DNA from: a virus
IMG/VR virus record: IMGVR_UViG_3300030101_002520
Coordinates: 32,001-96,000 of that record
DNA length: 64,000 nt
Direction: 5' to 3' (one strand)
A program made the position numbers and the translations under genes. The number at the start of each line of letters is the position of its first letter. Position 1 is the first letter of the stretch. Of this stretch, positions 1-10,142 are shown piece after piece. A model generated the notes under the pieces. It was not told the DNA's origin. It was given only the letters and a program-made list of their open reading frames with translations, and did not search any database.

Positions 1-2
1 GA

Positions 3-1169
3 TTTAATTACAAAGAAGATAATGTATTAGATTATTTAAACAATCCTGATTTCAGATATTTTGCTGATAGTCAAACAACTACTTTGGATCCTGTTAAACT
101 AGATGGTTTACCTTCAGAAAAAAATATGTCTTTGCAAAAACCTAAACCTTATGAATCTACAGTTACTTTAGAACCTAAAACTTTAGATCAAATAGAAACA
201 GAAAGAGAAGATGAGATAATAAAAAGAAGACCATATGAAGCTCCTGTTACTTTAGATCCAGTAGAATTTAAAGGCTTTTCTGATAAAGAAGAAAGTATAA
301 AAAAATCTAATCCTTATGAATCTGCAATAACTTTAGATAAAAAAGAAATTGAAGAGATTCCTGTAGATGAGAGCTCTTTAATAGAAAGACGTAAGCAAGA
401 AACACCAATTACATTAGATCCTATAAATGTAACTGGTATTGATTCAGATGGAACTATAACAACAGATGCATCAAAACAAAGGTTTGTTCCAAAGCCTGAC
501 ATTCAAACAGATATGCCTGATATAGTTCTTACTCCTGAAATGGAAGAAAAAAGAGATAAAGCTAAAACTGTTGAAGATATTATGGGTAATCTTCAAGATG
601 TTAGAGGTACAACAAAATATGTAAATAAATCTGCAAAGGCTATATTAGATGCAGTAAATAAAGAAGACTATACTGAAAAAGATTTATCAAGAGATTTAGG
701 TATATTTGAAAAATATTATGGTCAAGAAAATTTAGGTTATCTAAAAGATATGTTAGATAAAACACAAGGTCCTAAAGCAAATAAAGGTATAGAAGTTTTA
801 GAAGATGGAAAGTTTGATATAAAGATGAATAGGTTAAATTCTATTATTGATAAGTATGATGCAGATCAAGATCTTTCACCTGCTGAAATGGAATTATTAG
901 AATCTTATGGTTTAATGTCTAAGACAGAACCAGAGGTGGAAGAAGTAAAAGAAACTGATTTAGTTATAGATAATAAGAAGTTTAGTTTAGATGATCAGAT
1001 TTATATTTATAATCAGTATTTAGATAGCGCATTTACAAGTGATGATGAAGAAAAAAGTGGTAATAAAATAGTTGATAAAATAAATAGAGTATATTATAAT
1101 CAAGCTAAGCAAAAAGATATACATGTGTATGACTTATTATTAGCTATGCAAACTGAGATGAGACAATAG
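3..1169 (+). CDS. 5'-truncated acidic virion/internal protein with about five ~28-aa repeats
   Basis: Frame is open from position 3 (FNYKEDNVLDY...), so the TTG at 84 is not the true start. Repeats: SQTTTLDP, PYESTVTLEP, PYEAPVTLDP, PYESAITLDK, QETPITLDP. Confidence 0.7.
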   Translation, partial: FNYKEDNVLDYLNNPDFRYFADSQTTTLDPVKLDGLPSEKNMSLQKPKPYESTVTLEPKTLDQIETEREDEIIKRRPYEAPVTLDPVEFKGFSDKEESIKKSNPYESAITLDKKEIEEIPVDESSLIERRKQETPITLDPINVTGIDSDGTITTDASKQRFVPKPDIQTDMPDIVLTPEMEEKRDKAKTVEDIMGNLQDVRGTTKYVNKSAKAILDAVNKEDYTEKDLSRDLGIFEKYYGQENLGYLKDMLDKTQGPKANKGIEVLEDGKFDIKMNRLNSIIDKYDADQDLSPAEMELLESYGLMSKTEPEVEEVKETDLVIDNKKFSLDDQIYIYNQYLDSAFTSDDEEKSGNKIVDKINRVYYNQAKQKDIHVYDLLLAMQTEMRQ

Positions 1170-1198
1170 CTATAATTAGATTATCTCCTTAATATTTA

Positions 1199-1207
1199 GT
1201 ATATTAT
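1199..1207 (+). promoter_or_regulatory. Putative phage late promoter motif GTATATTAT
   Basis: The identical 9-mer recurs in intergenic gaps 5-33 nt upstream of + strand starts at 1199, 30946, 33279, 34604 and 41310. Confidence 0.6.
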
Positions 1208-1225
1208 TATATAGACTGTATTTTT

Positions 1226-4200
1226 ATGTATAAAAAGTTAAAAAAATATCAAAACGGCACAGGTATTATACCTACAGAGATTGATAAAACTTATGTTGCT
1301 CCTGAATATGCTTTTCCTGGTGCATATAGGGGTGTTGGTTCAGGGGAAAGATCAAAGTCTGAGATTGAACAAATGATGTATAGTATTTTTGGTCCGCCGC
1401 CTTCTACAGCAGAAGAGATGATGCAATTAACGGATGATATAGCTATGACAAACATTGATCTAAAAAGAGACATGAAAGGTGATAATAGTTTAACACGTGG
1501 TACAATTAATCTTTTAAAAGCAATAGGTAAAGGAATTGTTAGTAATCCGTTAGGTGTTTTTGTTGCAGAAAATATAGATGCAATACTTACTGATGAAGGT
1601 CCTACTGATTATCAAAAAGACTTTTTATTTCCTGGTGTATATGATGATAGAACACCAATTATTATGAACTATGGATCTGAGTTACGTAAGGCTCAAGAAG
1701 GTAATATTGAGGATGAACCTTTATATCAAAGTTTAAAAAACTATTTAGATGATCCTGAAAGAGCTAAGTTAGTTGCAGAGAATCCTTTACTACCTGCAGC
1801 TGAAGAATATATTTACGGTAATCTATTAAATCCACCACAGTTTATGGGAGATGATAGTATATCAATTGATTTAATGGCTGGAGATGATGGTGTAATTGAT
1901 GCTAATGACTTAACGCTTATAAAAAATGAATCTCAAAGAAATTTACAAAAAGCAGGTTATAATCCTGATAAGGTAAAAACTTTTAAAGAGTATGGGCAGG
2001 ATGCATTAAGATTTTTAGGCAATGTTGGTAGAGGTGCTAGAACTGCATTTGCTAGAAATCCGCTTGGTTTACTTTTAGCAAATACTGTTGGAGAAGCTTA
2101 TGATTATGCAACAACTGGTGAATTACCAGAGCCAAGTCCTTATATGCAAATGTTAACAGGTACATTTGGTCAGCCAGATGAAAATCAAATATATGCTTAT
2201 GGTGATGAGATTAGAGATCTTGTAACTCCACAAAAAAATCCTAATATACAAAATATATATGAAGGTGATGATAGATTTACTATATCTAAAATGGAAAGAG
2301 AGAAAGAGAAAACAGATAAGCTTTTTCAGGAACAACAAGAGTATTTATATGATGAGTCTGGATTTCTTAATCCAAACTTAGATTTATCTAAAAATCCATT
2401 AAGAAATAAAAAGTATACACTATACAATCCATATAGTGAAGATATGTTTTATGATCCTATGAATCCTACTAAATTATTTACTGAAACAGAGTATGGAGAG
2501 TATCAAGATGATATGACAACTACAAGAACTATAGCAGCTTTAAATCAAAGAGCTGACATGTATCCAGAATTATTTCAAAAGGTAACAGGTTTTGATCCTG
2601 AAACAAAAGAAATAACATATGCAGGAGATAAACTAGAAGGAGATTTATTTAGTGACGCAAATCCTGATTCTGCTTATTTACAATATACTACACCTGAAGG
2701 TGAAGAGTCAGGTAGTTTTACAGGTAGTTTAGTATCTGATGCAGAAGGTGATATAACAGCTCCTGTATATGATCCTTTTGATCAATATGAAAATGATGAA
2801 GGTACATATACTTTCATGGAAGCAGAGGCTAAATACGGTGGTATACCAAAATACCAAAGAGCAGGAACTATAAGGAGAATAATGAATTTTTTTAAAGGTG
2901 CAGATGATGTAGCTGATGTTGCAAAGACAGCTAATACCGGTGTTTCTAAGAATGAAATTTTACAAAAGTTTTTACAACAAGGTGATAATTTAGAGAATTA
3001 TAATGACATGATTACTAGAGGATTTAATATAGATTTAAATTCACCATTAAGTAGACAGGCTATTACAAATTATAAAACTAAGTTTCCTTTAAATTTTGGT
3101 GCATCAGATGAGCTTGCTGCAACTACCAAAGATTCTAAAGAAGTTATTGAGGCTCTTGGTTATGATGCAATAACAAAAAGAGCAAACCTTTTAGATGATT
3201 ATATTGCAAAAAATCCTGGTTACAAAACATCACCAGAAGATTTTACTTATTTAGGTAATAAGAGTGGTAGACAAATAGTATCTGTTGACACTCCTGTTGG
3301 AACACAATATTTTTATAAGTCTTCAGGTCTTGCTGGAAAAAAAGGATCAAAGGATATGTGGGTTCCATTAGAAGGATTTTTAGATGATACTTCAGGAATG
3401 GCAGTAAATAGATTGAAAGGAAATCCTGATTGGTTTATGAAAAGAGGATCAGTGGGAACATATAAAGGACAACCAATTGAAACAATAAGTTTTGCAGATA
3501 AAACTACTAAGGGTGTAAAACAACAGTTAATAGATATGGGTGTTGATCCTAATGAAGCTTTAAGATCTGGAGATCTTATATTAGATAAACCTGGCTGGGA
3601 TTTTGCATATACTACAAATCCTGATTCATTTTATAATAAATTGTCTAATCAGCTAGATAGAATAACACAAGAAAAAGGTTGGGGTGTTCTTGATAAAACA
3701 ACTAGAGCACATGGTGGACCACATACTGAAGAAGAGTGGGAAGAGTGGAGACAACAAAGAGAAAACTATCAACAAAATAATATGTCTAATGAATCCGTTG
3801 GTAATGAATTTAATTATTATGATAGTATAGCACCAGGTTCATATGATTCTAGTGTAATGGATAATATGTATTTTGCTGATCAGTTTCAAGAAAAAATAGA
3901 AGAAGACACTGATGATGAGTTTGAATTTGCTGATCCTAATAAACCAGTTATGAGTGTAAAGGATGAAGAGCGTAAACCAAGAGATTTTAACTTTAAACCA
4001 TTTGAAGCTTTAGTTACAGGATTAGGTGCAGTAAATCAAATGTTAGAAAACAGACCAAAAGATTTTTCTACTAACCAATTAGCAATGAATCAGTTTCAAG
4101 AAGACACAAGAAATAATAGAGGATTTTATGATGTTAATACTGGTATTTTAAATCCAGATAGAAATATTGTAGAAAGACAAGCTGCATATGGAGGTAGAAC

Positions 4201-4309
4201 TGATCAATTAAGAAATAGACAATATGATGATATTGATACTACAATAGAATTAGATGAAGGAACAATACAAGAACTAATAGCTGCTGGAGCAGAAATAGAT
4301 ATATTATAA
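1226..4309 (+). CDS. Modular internal virion (cargo) protein with repeated YGG / K-[AY]-Q-x-G motifs
   Basis: 1027-aa Cys-free ORF upstream of the virion RNAP. Motifs LKKYQNG, NYGSELRKAQEG, AKYGGIPKYQRAG, RAHGG, AAYGG. Confidence 0.6.
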   Translation: MYKKLKKYQNGTGIIPTEIDKTYVAPEYAFPGAYRGVGSGERSKSEIEQMMYSIFGPPPSTAEEMMQLTDDIAMTNIDLKRDMKGDNSLTRGTINLLKAIGKGIVSNPLGVFVAENIDAILTDEGPTDYQKDFLFPGVYDDRTPIIMNYGSELRKAQEGNIEDEPLYQSLKNYLDDPERAKLVAENPLLPAAEEYIYGNLLNPPQFMGDDSISIDLMAGDDGVIDANDLTLIKNESQRNLQKAGYNPDKVKTFKEYGQDALRFLGNVGRGARTAFARNPLGLLLANTVGEAYDYATTGELPEPSPYMQMLTGTFGQPDENQIYAYGDEIRDLVTPQKNPNIQNIYEGDDRFTISKMEREKEKTDKLFQEQQEYLYDESGFLNPNLDLSKNPLRNKKYTLYNPYSEDMFYDPMNPTKLFTETEYGEYQDDMTTTRTIAALNQRADMYPELFQKVTGFDPETKEITYAGDKLEGDLFSDANPDSAYLQYTTPEGEESGSFTGSLVSDAEGDITAPVYDPFDQYENDEGTYTFMEAEAKYGGIPKYQRAGTIRRIMNFFKGADDVADVAKTANTGVSKNEILQKFLQQGDNLENYNDMITRGFNIDLNSPLSRQAITNYKTKFPLNFGASDELAATTKDSKEVIEALGYDAITKRANLLDDYIAKNPGYKTSPEDFTYLGNKSGRQIVSVDTPVGTQYFYKSSGLAGKKGSKDMWVPLEGFLDDTSGMAVNRLKGNPDWFMKRGSVGTYKGQPIETISFADKTTKGVKQQLIDMGVDPNEALRSGDLILDKPGWDFAYTTNPDSFYNKLSNQLDRITQEKGWGVLDKTTRAHGGPHTEEEWEEWRQQRENYQQNNMSNESVGNEFNYYDSIAPGSYDSSVMDNMYFADQFQEKIEEDTDDEFEFADPNKPVMSVKDEERKPRDFNFKPFEALVTGLGAVNQMLENRPKDFSTNQLAMNQFQEDTRNNRGFYDVNTGILNPDRNIVERQAAYGGRTDQLRNRQYDDIDTTIELDEGTIQELIAAGAEIDIL

Positions 4310-4311
4310 TT

Positions 4312-6699
4312 ATGGGAAGAAAAGTAAAAATAAAAAGTTTACCAAAAGGCTTTATACTTAAAGATAATAAAATAATTAAAGAGTATGGAGGTTCTAAAAC
4401 TGGTGACCAAGTAGGATATGGTTTAACTACATTTCCTAAAACTAATGATGCTAATGGTATGGGTGATTCTACTAGCACATTTTTTCCATCTAAAAATGAG
4501 ACTAAATATACATTACAGCCAGATCCTAGAAAAGAATCTAATGTAGAAGCTGAAAAAAATGAAACAGTTCTTACAGATTTAAATTTTGATGGTGATTTTG
4601 AATTCTATAATATTGGAGGTAAAAGGCATAATCAAGGTGGTACACCTTTAAATTTACCAGAACAGTCATTTATATATTCAGATACTAGATCTATGAAGCT
4701 TACAAAAGATGAAATGTCAGAGCTTAATGTAGATTCTAAAAAAAGAATAACGCCAGCTAAAGTATCTAAAAATTTTGAGTTAAATAAATTTACTGAACTT
4801 TTAAATGATCCTTATGCTGATAAAATACAAAAGGATACAGCTGACTATATGTTAGATAAAAATAAAAATAAACTATCTCATTTAGCATTTGTACAAGAAG
4901 CAAAAAAAGATTTTGAAGAGGGTGTTCCTAAAGCAGCCTTTCCTTATTTAAAAAAGAAAGGAATTGATCCTATAAAGTATGCTGATATTATGGAAAAAAT
5001 AAATACACAACAAGAAGCACTAGCAGAAAAGATGGAGATGGGTCCTACAGATCAAGAAAAAACTCAAGTGCTTATGTCTTTTCTTCCAGGTAATGATCAA
5101 GAGTCTGCACCTCAAATGCAACAGCCTGCACCAATGCAACAAAATATGCCTATGAATAATCCTATGACTATGGCACAAGGTGGTACAGAAATAACAGACT
5201 TTGAAAAGAATTGGAATAGTTCTAAGTATGATGATTTAAAAGAAGAGTTTTATGCCCAGTATGCAGCCGTATTAGATAAAGATGAGTTAAGTGATGAAGA
5301 GAAGACAGCAATAGATAAATTGCTAATTCAAGATACTCAGATGAAAACTTTAATGCATGATAATTTTGAAAGTGATTATTTTACAGGAAAAGATTGGGAT
5401 GCAGGGGGTGACCAAAGGAATGCAAGGTATAATGCTGCTGTACAAAAGTTAATTGATGATGGACTATACGAAGGTGAAGCATTAACGGAAGATCAAATTA
5501 AAGAAGTTCAGAATGCACATATTGTTTTAAATAATATGTCTGTTATGCCTGAGTATGAGAAACTTATGACCGATACTGGTTTAAATTTATTAGGCCCTGA
5601 ACAAAAAGGTAATCTTGGTTCTAATCAAACTTTATCTAGATCTGATGGTGTTGCTGGTGATAATTTTATAAATACATTCCCTACAACTAAGACTACTATT
5701 ACACCTGATGAAAATACTCCTAAGATAAATTTACCTGTTGGTGATGAGTATGTTCAGCCAGATCCTGGCTATTGGTTGCAGGATAATATGAACTTATTAG
5801 GATCTATAATGGACAAGTTTACTATTAAGAAAAGAGGTCCTGTATTATCACAATACCAACCTGAGTATATTGATGCAATGTATCTTAGCCCTACAAGACA
5901 GTTTGCAAAGATAGGTGAGATGGCTGCTCAAGCTACAAAAGCAGCTACAACATTTGCTGGTCCTCAAAGAGCTTTAGCAGTAGCTAGTAAAGTTCAAGGA
6001 GAAGCAATGAAGCAACTTGCAAATGTACAAGCTGATACTGATAATAAAAACTTAGCAATATTTACAGATGTAGATGGTAAAAATACTGTTATAAGAAATC
6101 AGTTTGAAGAGATGAATAAAAGAGCATTATCTGATTTCTATGATAAGACACAGTTAACAGAAGAAAATTATGATACTGCTATAAGGAATGCAAATCAAGC
6201 AATTGGTAGACAATTAGTAGCAAGAGAGACTAATAGAGCTATGACTAAGAACCTTAATACTTTATATCCTGCATTTGATATTGATCCTACAAAAGGAGGA
6301 GATATAAATATTCTAGACTATAACATGTTCTTTCCAACTGATGATGCTAGTGAAACAGCATATAATACTAAAGTAAATAGGATAAAACAATTAATTGATG
6401 ATGAAGTAATAGATAAAGTAACGGGTGATAAGTTATTATTAGATTTAATTAATACGGATCTTAATGCTCCTAAAGCAAATCCTTATGAGAATACTATTTT
6501 AAATCAGATGAATTATCCTAGTTATGGTCAGTTTAATCAGTTTACAAATCCTCTTATGCAGCAACTTGCTATGTTGAATCAAATGAATCAACAAAATAGA
6601 AGAAGTCCATATGGGGAAGAAGGTATGGAAGTAGGATATGTGCCAGTTAATCCTTTTACGTTAAGAAGACCTAAGAGAAAATTGGTTGATTTGGATTAA
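4312..6699 (+). CDS. Putative internal virion/cargo protein
   Basis: 795 aa. N-terminal NVEAEKNE...GGKRHNQGGTPL segment resembles a domain recurrent in Bacteroidota phage virion proteins. Q/M-rich linkers, no Cys. Confidence 0.55.
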   Translation: MGRKVKIKSLPKGFILKDNKIIKEYGGSKTGDQVGYGLTTFPKTNDANGMGDSTSTFFPSKNETKYTLQPDPRKESNVEAEKNETVLTDLNFDGDFEFYNIGGKRHNQGGTPLNLPEQSFIYSDTRSMKLTKDEMSELNVDSKKRITPAKVSKNFELNKFTELLNDPYADKIQKDTADYMLDKNKNKLSHLAFVQEAKKDFEEGVPKAAFPYLKKKGIDPIKYADIMEKINTQQEALAEKMEMGPTDQEKTQVLMSFLPGNDQESAPQMQQPAPMQQNMPMNNPMTMAQGGTEITDFEKNWNSSKYDDLKEEFYAQYAAVLDKDELSDEEKTAIDKLLIQDTQMKTLMHDNFESDYFTGKDWDAGGDQRNARYNAAVQKLIDDGLYEGEALTEDQIKEVQNAHIVLNNMSVMPEYEKLMTDTGLNLLGPEQKGNLGSNQTLSRSDGVAGDNFINTFPTTKTTITPDENTPKINLPVGDEYVQPDPGYWLQDNMNLLGSIMDKFTIKKRGPVLSQYQPEYIDAMYLSPTRQFAKIGEMAAQATKAATTFAGPQRALAVASKVQGEAMKQLANVQADTDNKNLAIFTDVDGKNTVIRNQFEEMNKRALSDFYDKTQLTEENYDTAIRNANQAIGRQLVARETNRAMTKNLNTLYPAFDIDPTKGGDINILDYNMFFPTDDASETAYNTKVNRIKQLIDDEVIDKVTGDKLLLDLINTDLNAPKANPYENTILNQMNYPSYGQFNQFTNPLMQQLAMLNQMNQQNRRSPYGEEGMEVGYVPVNPFTLRRPKRKLVDLD

Positions 6700-6700
6700 T

Positions 6701-6719
6701 CTACACTTTAAAAGTGTAG
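6701..6719. terminator. Intergenic inverted repeat (terminator- or operator-like)
   Basis: CTACACTTT-A-AAAGTGTAG directly after the stop at 6699, followed by TTT. A promoter-like GTATTTTT follows at 6751. Confidence 0.35.
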
Positions 6720-6763
6720 TTTAATTAGTTTTAAAACTTAAAAAATTTTAGTATTTTTGATAT

Positions 6764-9700
6764 ATGGCAACTTATTTACCCGGAGTACAACCTTTTCTAC
6801 CACAGACACAAGTTTTTACTCCTGATTATAAATTTTTACAAAACGTTCTATCTGTTAGACAAGACAGGTTTGACACTAACTATAAAGAGATAAATAAGCT
6901 TTATGGGCAAGTTGTCTATGCACCTTTATCTAGAGCTGATAGCAAAGATAAAAGAGACCAATATGCTAATGCTTTAACTAACTCTTTAAAGCAAGTTGCT
7001 GGTATGGATTTATCTTTAGCACAAAACGTTAATACAGCAAAAGCATTATTTAGTCCATTCTATAAAGATCAGGATCTTGTTAGAGATATGTATGCTACAA
7101 AGACATTTCAAAATTCTCAAAAAGAAATTCAAAGATATAAAGATGCAAACAATAGAGATGTATCACGTAATTATTGGCTTGATGGTGAAAAGTTTGTAAA
7201 CTACCGTATGCAAGATTTTATAAATGCAACAGCTGATGATGCAAGAAAATTTAATGTGGGTGATTTAAAGTATGCTAAGAATCCAGATATATTTAATAGA
7301 GCTCAAGAGATATTAACTGAAGAAGGTTTAGAGGCAGAAGATTTCTTTATGCAAGGTGATTATATTTATAAAATTAAAAATGGTCCTGCTTTAACTAATC
7401 AAAAATATCAATATGTAGATGAGAATGGTAAAGTAAAACAAGGTACTAGAAATGCAGCTATGGATTTTGTTGTACAAGCTTTAGCTGATGATCCTAAGAT
7501 TCAAAGAGGTATGAATATAAAATACCAAAATAGAAGAAGAGAATATATAGACAATAATATATCAAACTTTGCTGGTGATAGAAATGCTGCAGGAACTGCA
7601 TTTGATAGAGATATATTAGAAAATACTACACAAAAAGAATTAAAAAAGTATGCTGAGTTAGAAACAGAGTTAAAAGGTGATTCAGCTGCTTTAAACAATT
7701 GGCTAGCTTATAAACAAGAGTATGGTATAATAACTGGATCTAAAGAAGATGAACAATATAAAAAGTTACAGTTTGAAGTAATGCTTAAAAGAAAAGCACA
7801 AAATAAGCTTAGTGAAAGAATACTAACACTAAAAGGACCTGCTAGCAATCAAAAGGTTTTACAAGAGAAAGCAGCTATAGCATTTATATCTGATACAATG
7901 CAAAAAGAATTTTATGACGCATCAGTAGCTTATTCAAATAAAAATTATTCAAGAGATGTTGAAGTAAATTCAGCAGCAGTAGCGGCAAAGAGACTTGCAT
8001 GGGATAAACAAAAATTTAAGATTCAAGAGATGAATAAGTTTTTGCTTGAAGAACAAAAAAAGAAAAATCAAGGTGGTGACTCTCAAACTCAATTAGATAA
8101 TATACTTAATCAAAATGACACTGAACTTAATGTAGATGCTGTAAAAGAAACACAAAATCCATTAAGAAATGTAGGTGATGGTCTTGTAGCAATTGATAAG
8201 ACACAAAGAGAAATGGAAGTTCAAGCTATAATGACGCTTTATAACTATCCAGGATTTAATAAATATTTATCTGGCGGTAGAGTGGGTATGATAAATGTTG
8301 GTACTGATGAAGAACCAAATTATTTACCAGAAGCACAAGCAGGAGATTGGTTAAGAGATCCTGATAATGCAAGTGAGTTGAATAGAATATTTAAAGATGT
8401 AACAGGTAAACTGCAAAGCACTGATTTACAAGATTTTATAGGTGTTTTTGCACCGGGAGATAGTTTTAAAATGACTAAGGATGATCTTAATGTTATACAA
8501 GCTGCTATAAATAATACAATGTTAGAAGAAAGTGGTGATCCTGGTAGTTTATCAGGAATGACACAAGAGTTTTATCATAATTTAAAAGATCAGGAAGCTT
8601 ATTATATTCAAACTAATCCTAATTCTCAATATAGTAATGCGAGAAAATCAGGTTATCCTTCTATTGTAACTTCTCAGGTGCAAGCACAGTTAGAAGAAAT
8701 GGGAGTTCCTGCATATCTTATTGATGCTGGACCTGATGCAGTATTTCCAGAAAACTCTAACAAAGCTGGTGTAAGAGTGTGGGATTATTTAGAAAAGATT
8801 TATTTAGCAAATGGTAATCCTGATGAACTAAAATTAGATGGTAATAATAATGTTATCTATAAGGGTGATAAAAACTTTTATGATTTTAGTAGAAATAGTG
8901 GTTTAGTTATAAGAAATCAAGAAGACTTAGTAAATTCTACTTTATCATCTATGAGAGGTAATAATAACAGCACTATAAAAGGATTAAATCAGTTATATCC
9001 AAATGGTCCAAATGAAGAGTTTGAAAATGATTGGAGATTTAATAAAAATTCTAATTCTGCGTTTAGAGCAAATGCTTTAAGGTGGAACGCACAAGATGGC
9101 TGGTCTATTGATGAGAGTTATGTAAGACAACAACTTATAGGTGGTGAGGGTGCTTTCTATAATAATTGGGTAAACAGTGTTAATGATACGTGGTCAAGAA
9201 CAGATTCTACAGCAGATTCAGGTATACCATATCCTACTGTAATGAGTAAAATATTAGCGCAAGACATAGATCTTGGAACTAATATGATGAATGCTTTTGT
9301 TAGTAGAACGCTTTTAACTAATGAAGCTCCTATGACTGAAGATGCTTTAGTTAACTTTAATGCTGCTTTAAAAGCACTTAATGTAGCTATTCCACAAGGA
9401 GACGGTATGATATTACAAGGTAATTATTTAGGTCAAGAAGCTGGTGATAAAACAGTAAGTGATCCTTTGGCAAAAGCATTTTTTAATGATGTAATAAGAA
9501 AAGAATTAAGAGTTGGTGACACATCTATGGGTTTAACATGGTCTCAACTTTCTCCAACAACATATGAAAATCCTCAAACAGGTGAAACAGAAAATTATTC
9601 TGCTTATGTATTTACATTACCTACTGAGTTTTTAAATAAGCATAAAGATTTTAAACCAACTGGTACAGATACAAAATTAGAAGACTCTGATATGTTTAAA

Positions 9701-10132
9701 GCTCAAACTCTTACAATATTAGTGAAAGAAGAGTTTGATAAGCAATACAATAATAAGCATATGGAAAATCAAATGCCTAGTGCTGCAGAGAGATTATTAT
9801 ATGCAAATGGATATTATAGTCCTCAACCAATAGCAGGTGGCGGCTCACATCATTATTATAGGAATGATCAAGGAATGATTACACAGGAAATCAAACCAGT
9901 TATTTGGGATAGTAATGCAAACGCATATGTACAAGATCCTATATCATATAGAACAACAACTATTGATGCTAATCAGTTACAAAATGTAATAATGTTAACA
10001 CAAGAGTCATTAATAAATAATCAAAGAACTCAATTAGATGTAAAGTCAGGAAATGTTTCAATAGAGGATAAACAAGTTTCTAGTAGTGGCATCTATCAAG
10101 CATATCCTGGAGGTCCTTTCTTACCTAATTAA
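6764..10132 (+). CDS. Putative ejection/cargo protein
   Basis: 1122 aa, helical/coiled-coil N-half, Cys-free, immediately upstream of the virion RNAP as in crAss-like gene order. Confidence 0.55.
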   Translation: MATYLPGVQPFLPQTQVFTPDYKFLQNVLSVRQDRFDTNYKEINKLYGQVVYAPLSRADSKDKRDQYANALTNSLKQVAGMDLSLAQNVNTAKALFSPFYKDQDLVRDMYATKTFQNSQKEIQRYKDANNRDVSRNYWLDGEKFVNYRMQDFINATADDARKFNVGDLKYAKNPDIFNRAQEILTEEGLEAEDFFMQGDYIYKIKNGPALTNQKYQYVDENGKVKQGTRNAAMDFVVQALADDPKIQRGMNIKYQNRRREYIDNNISNFAGDRNAAGTAFDRDILENTTQKELKKYAELETELKGDSAALNNWLAYKQEYGIITGSKEDEQYKKLQFEVMLKRKAQNKLSERILTLKGPASNQKVLQEKAAIAFISDTMQKEFYDASVAYSNKNYSRDVEVNSAAVAAKRLAWDKQKFKIQEMNKFLLEEQKKKNQGGDSQTQLDNILNQNDTELNVDAVKETQNPLRNVGDGLVAIDKTQREMEVQAIMTLYNYPGFNKYLSGGRVGMINVGTDEEPNYLPEAQAGDWLRDPDNASELNRIFKDVTGKLQSTDLQDFIGVFAPGDSFKMTKDDLNVIQAAINNTMLEESGDPGSLSGMTQEFYHNLKDQEAYYIQTNPNSQYSNARKSGYPSIVTSQVQAQLEEMGVPAYLIDAGPDAVFPENSNKAGVRVWDYLEKIYLANGNPDELKLDGNNNVIYKGDKNFYDFSRNSGLVIRNQEDLVNSTLSSMRGNNNSTIKGLNQLYPNGPNEEFENDWRFNKNSNSAFRANALRWNAQDGWSIDESYVRQQLIGGEGAFYNNWVNSVNDTWSRTDSTADSGIPYPTVMSKILAQDIDLGTNMMNAFVSRTLLTNEAPMTEDALVNFNAALKALNVAIPQGDGMILQGNYLGQEAGDKTVSDPLAKAFFNDVIRKELRVGDTSMGLTWSQLSPTTYENPQTGETENYSAYVFTLPTEFLNKHKDFKPTGTDTKLEDSDMFKAQTLTILVKEEFDKQYNNKHMENQMPSAAERLLYANGYYSPQPIAGGGSHHYYRNDQGMITQEIKPVIWDSNANAYVQDPISYRTTTIDANQLQNVIMLTQESLINNQRTQLDVKSGNVSIEDKQVSSSGIYQAYPGGPFLPN

Positions 10133-10142
10133 AAAATAAACC

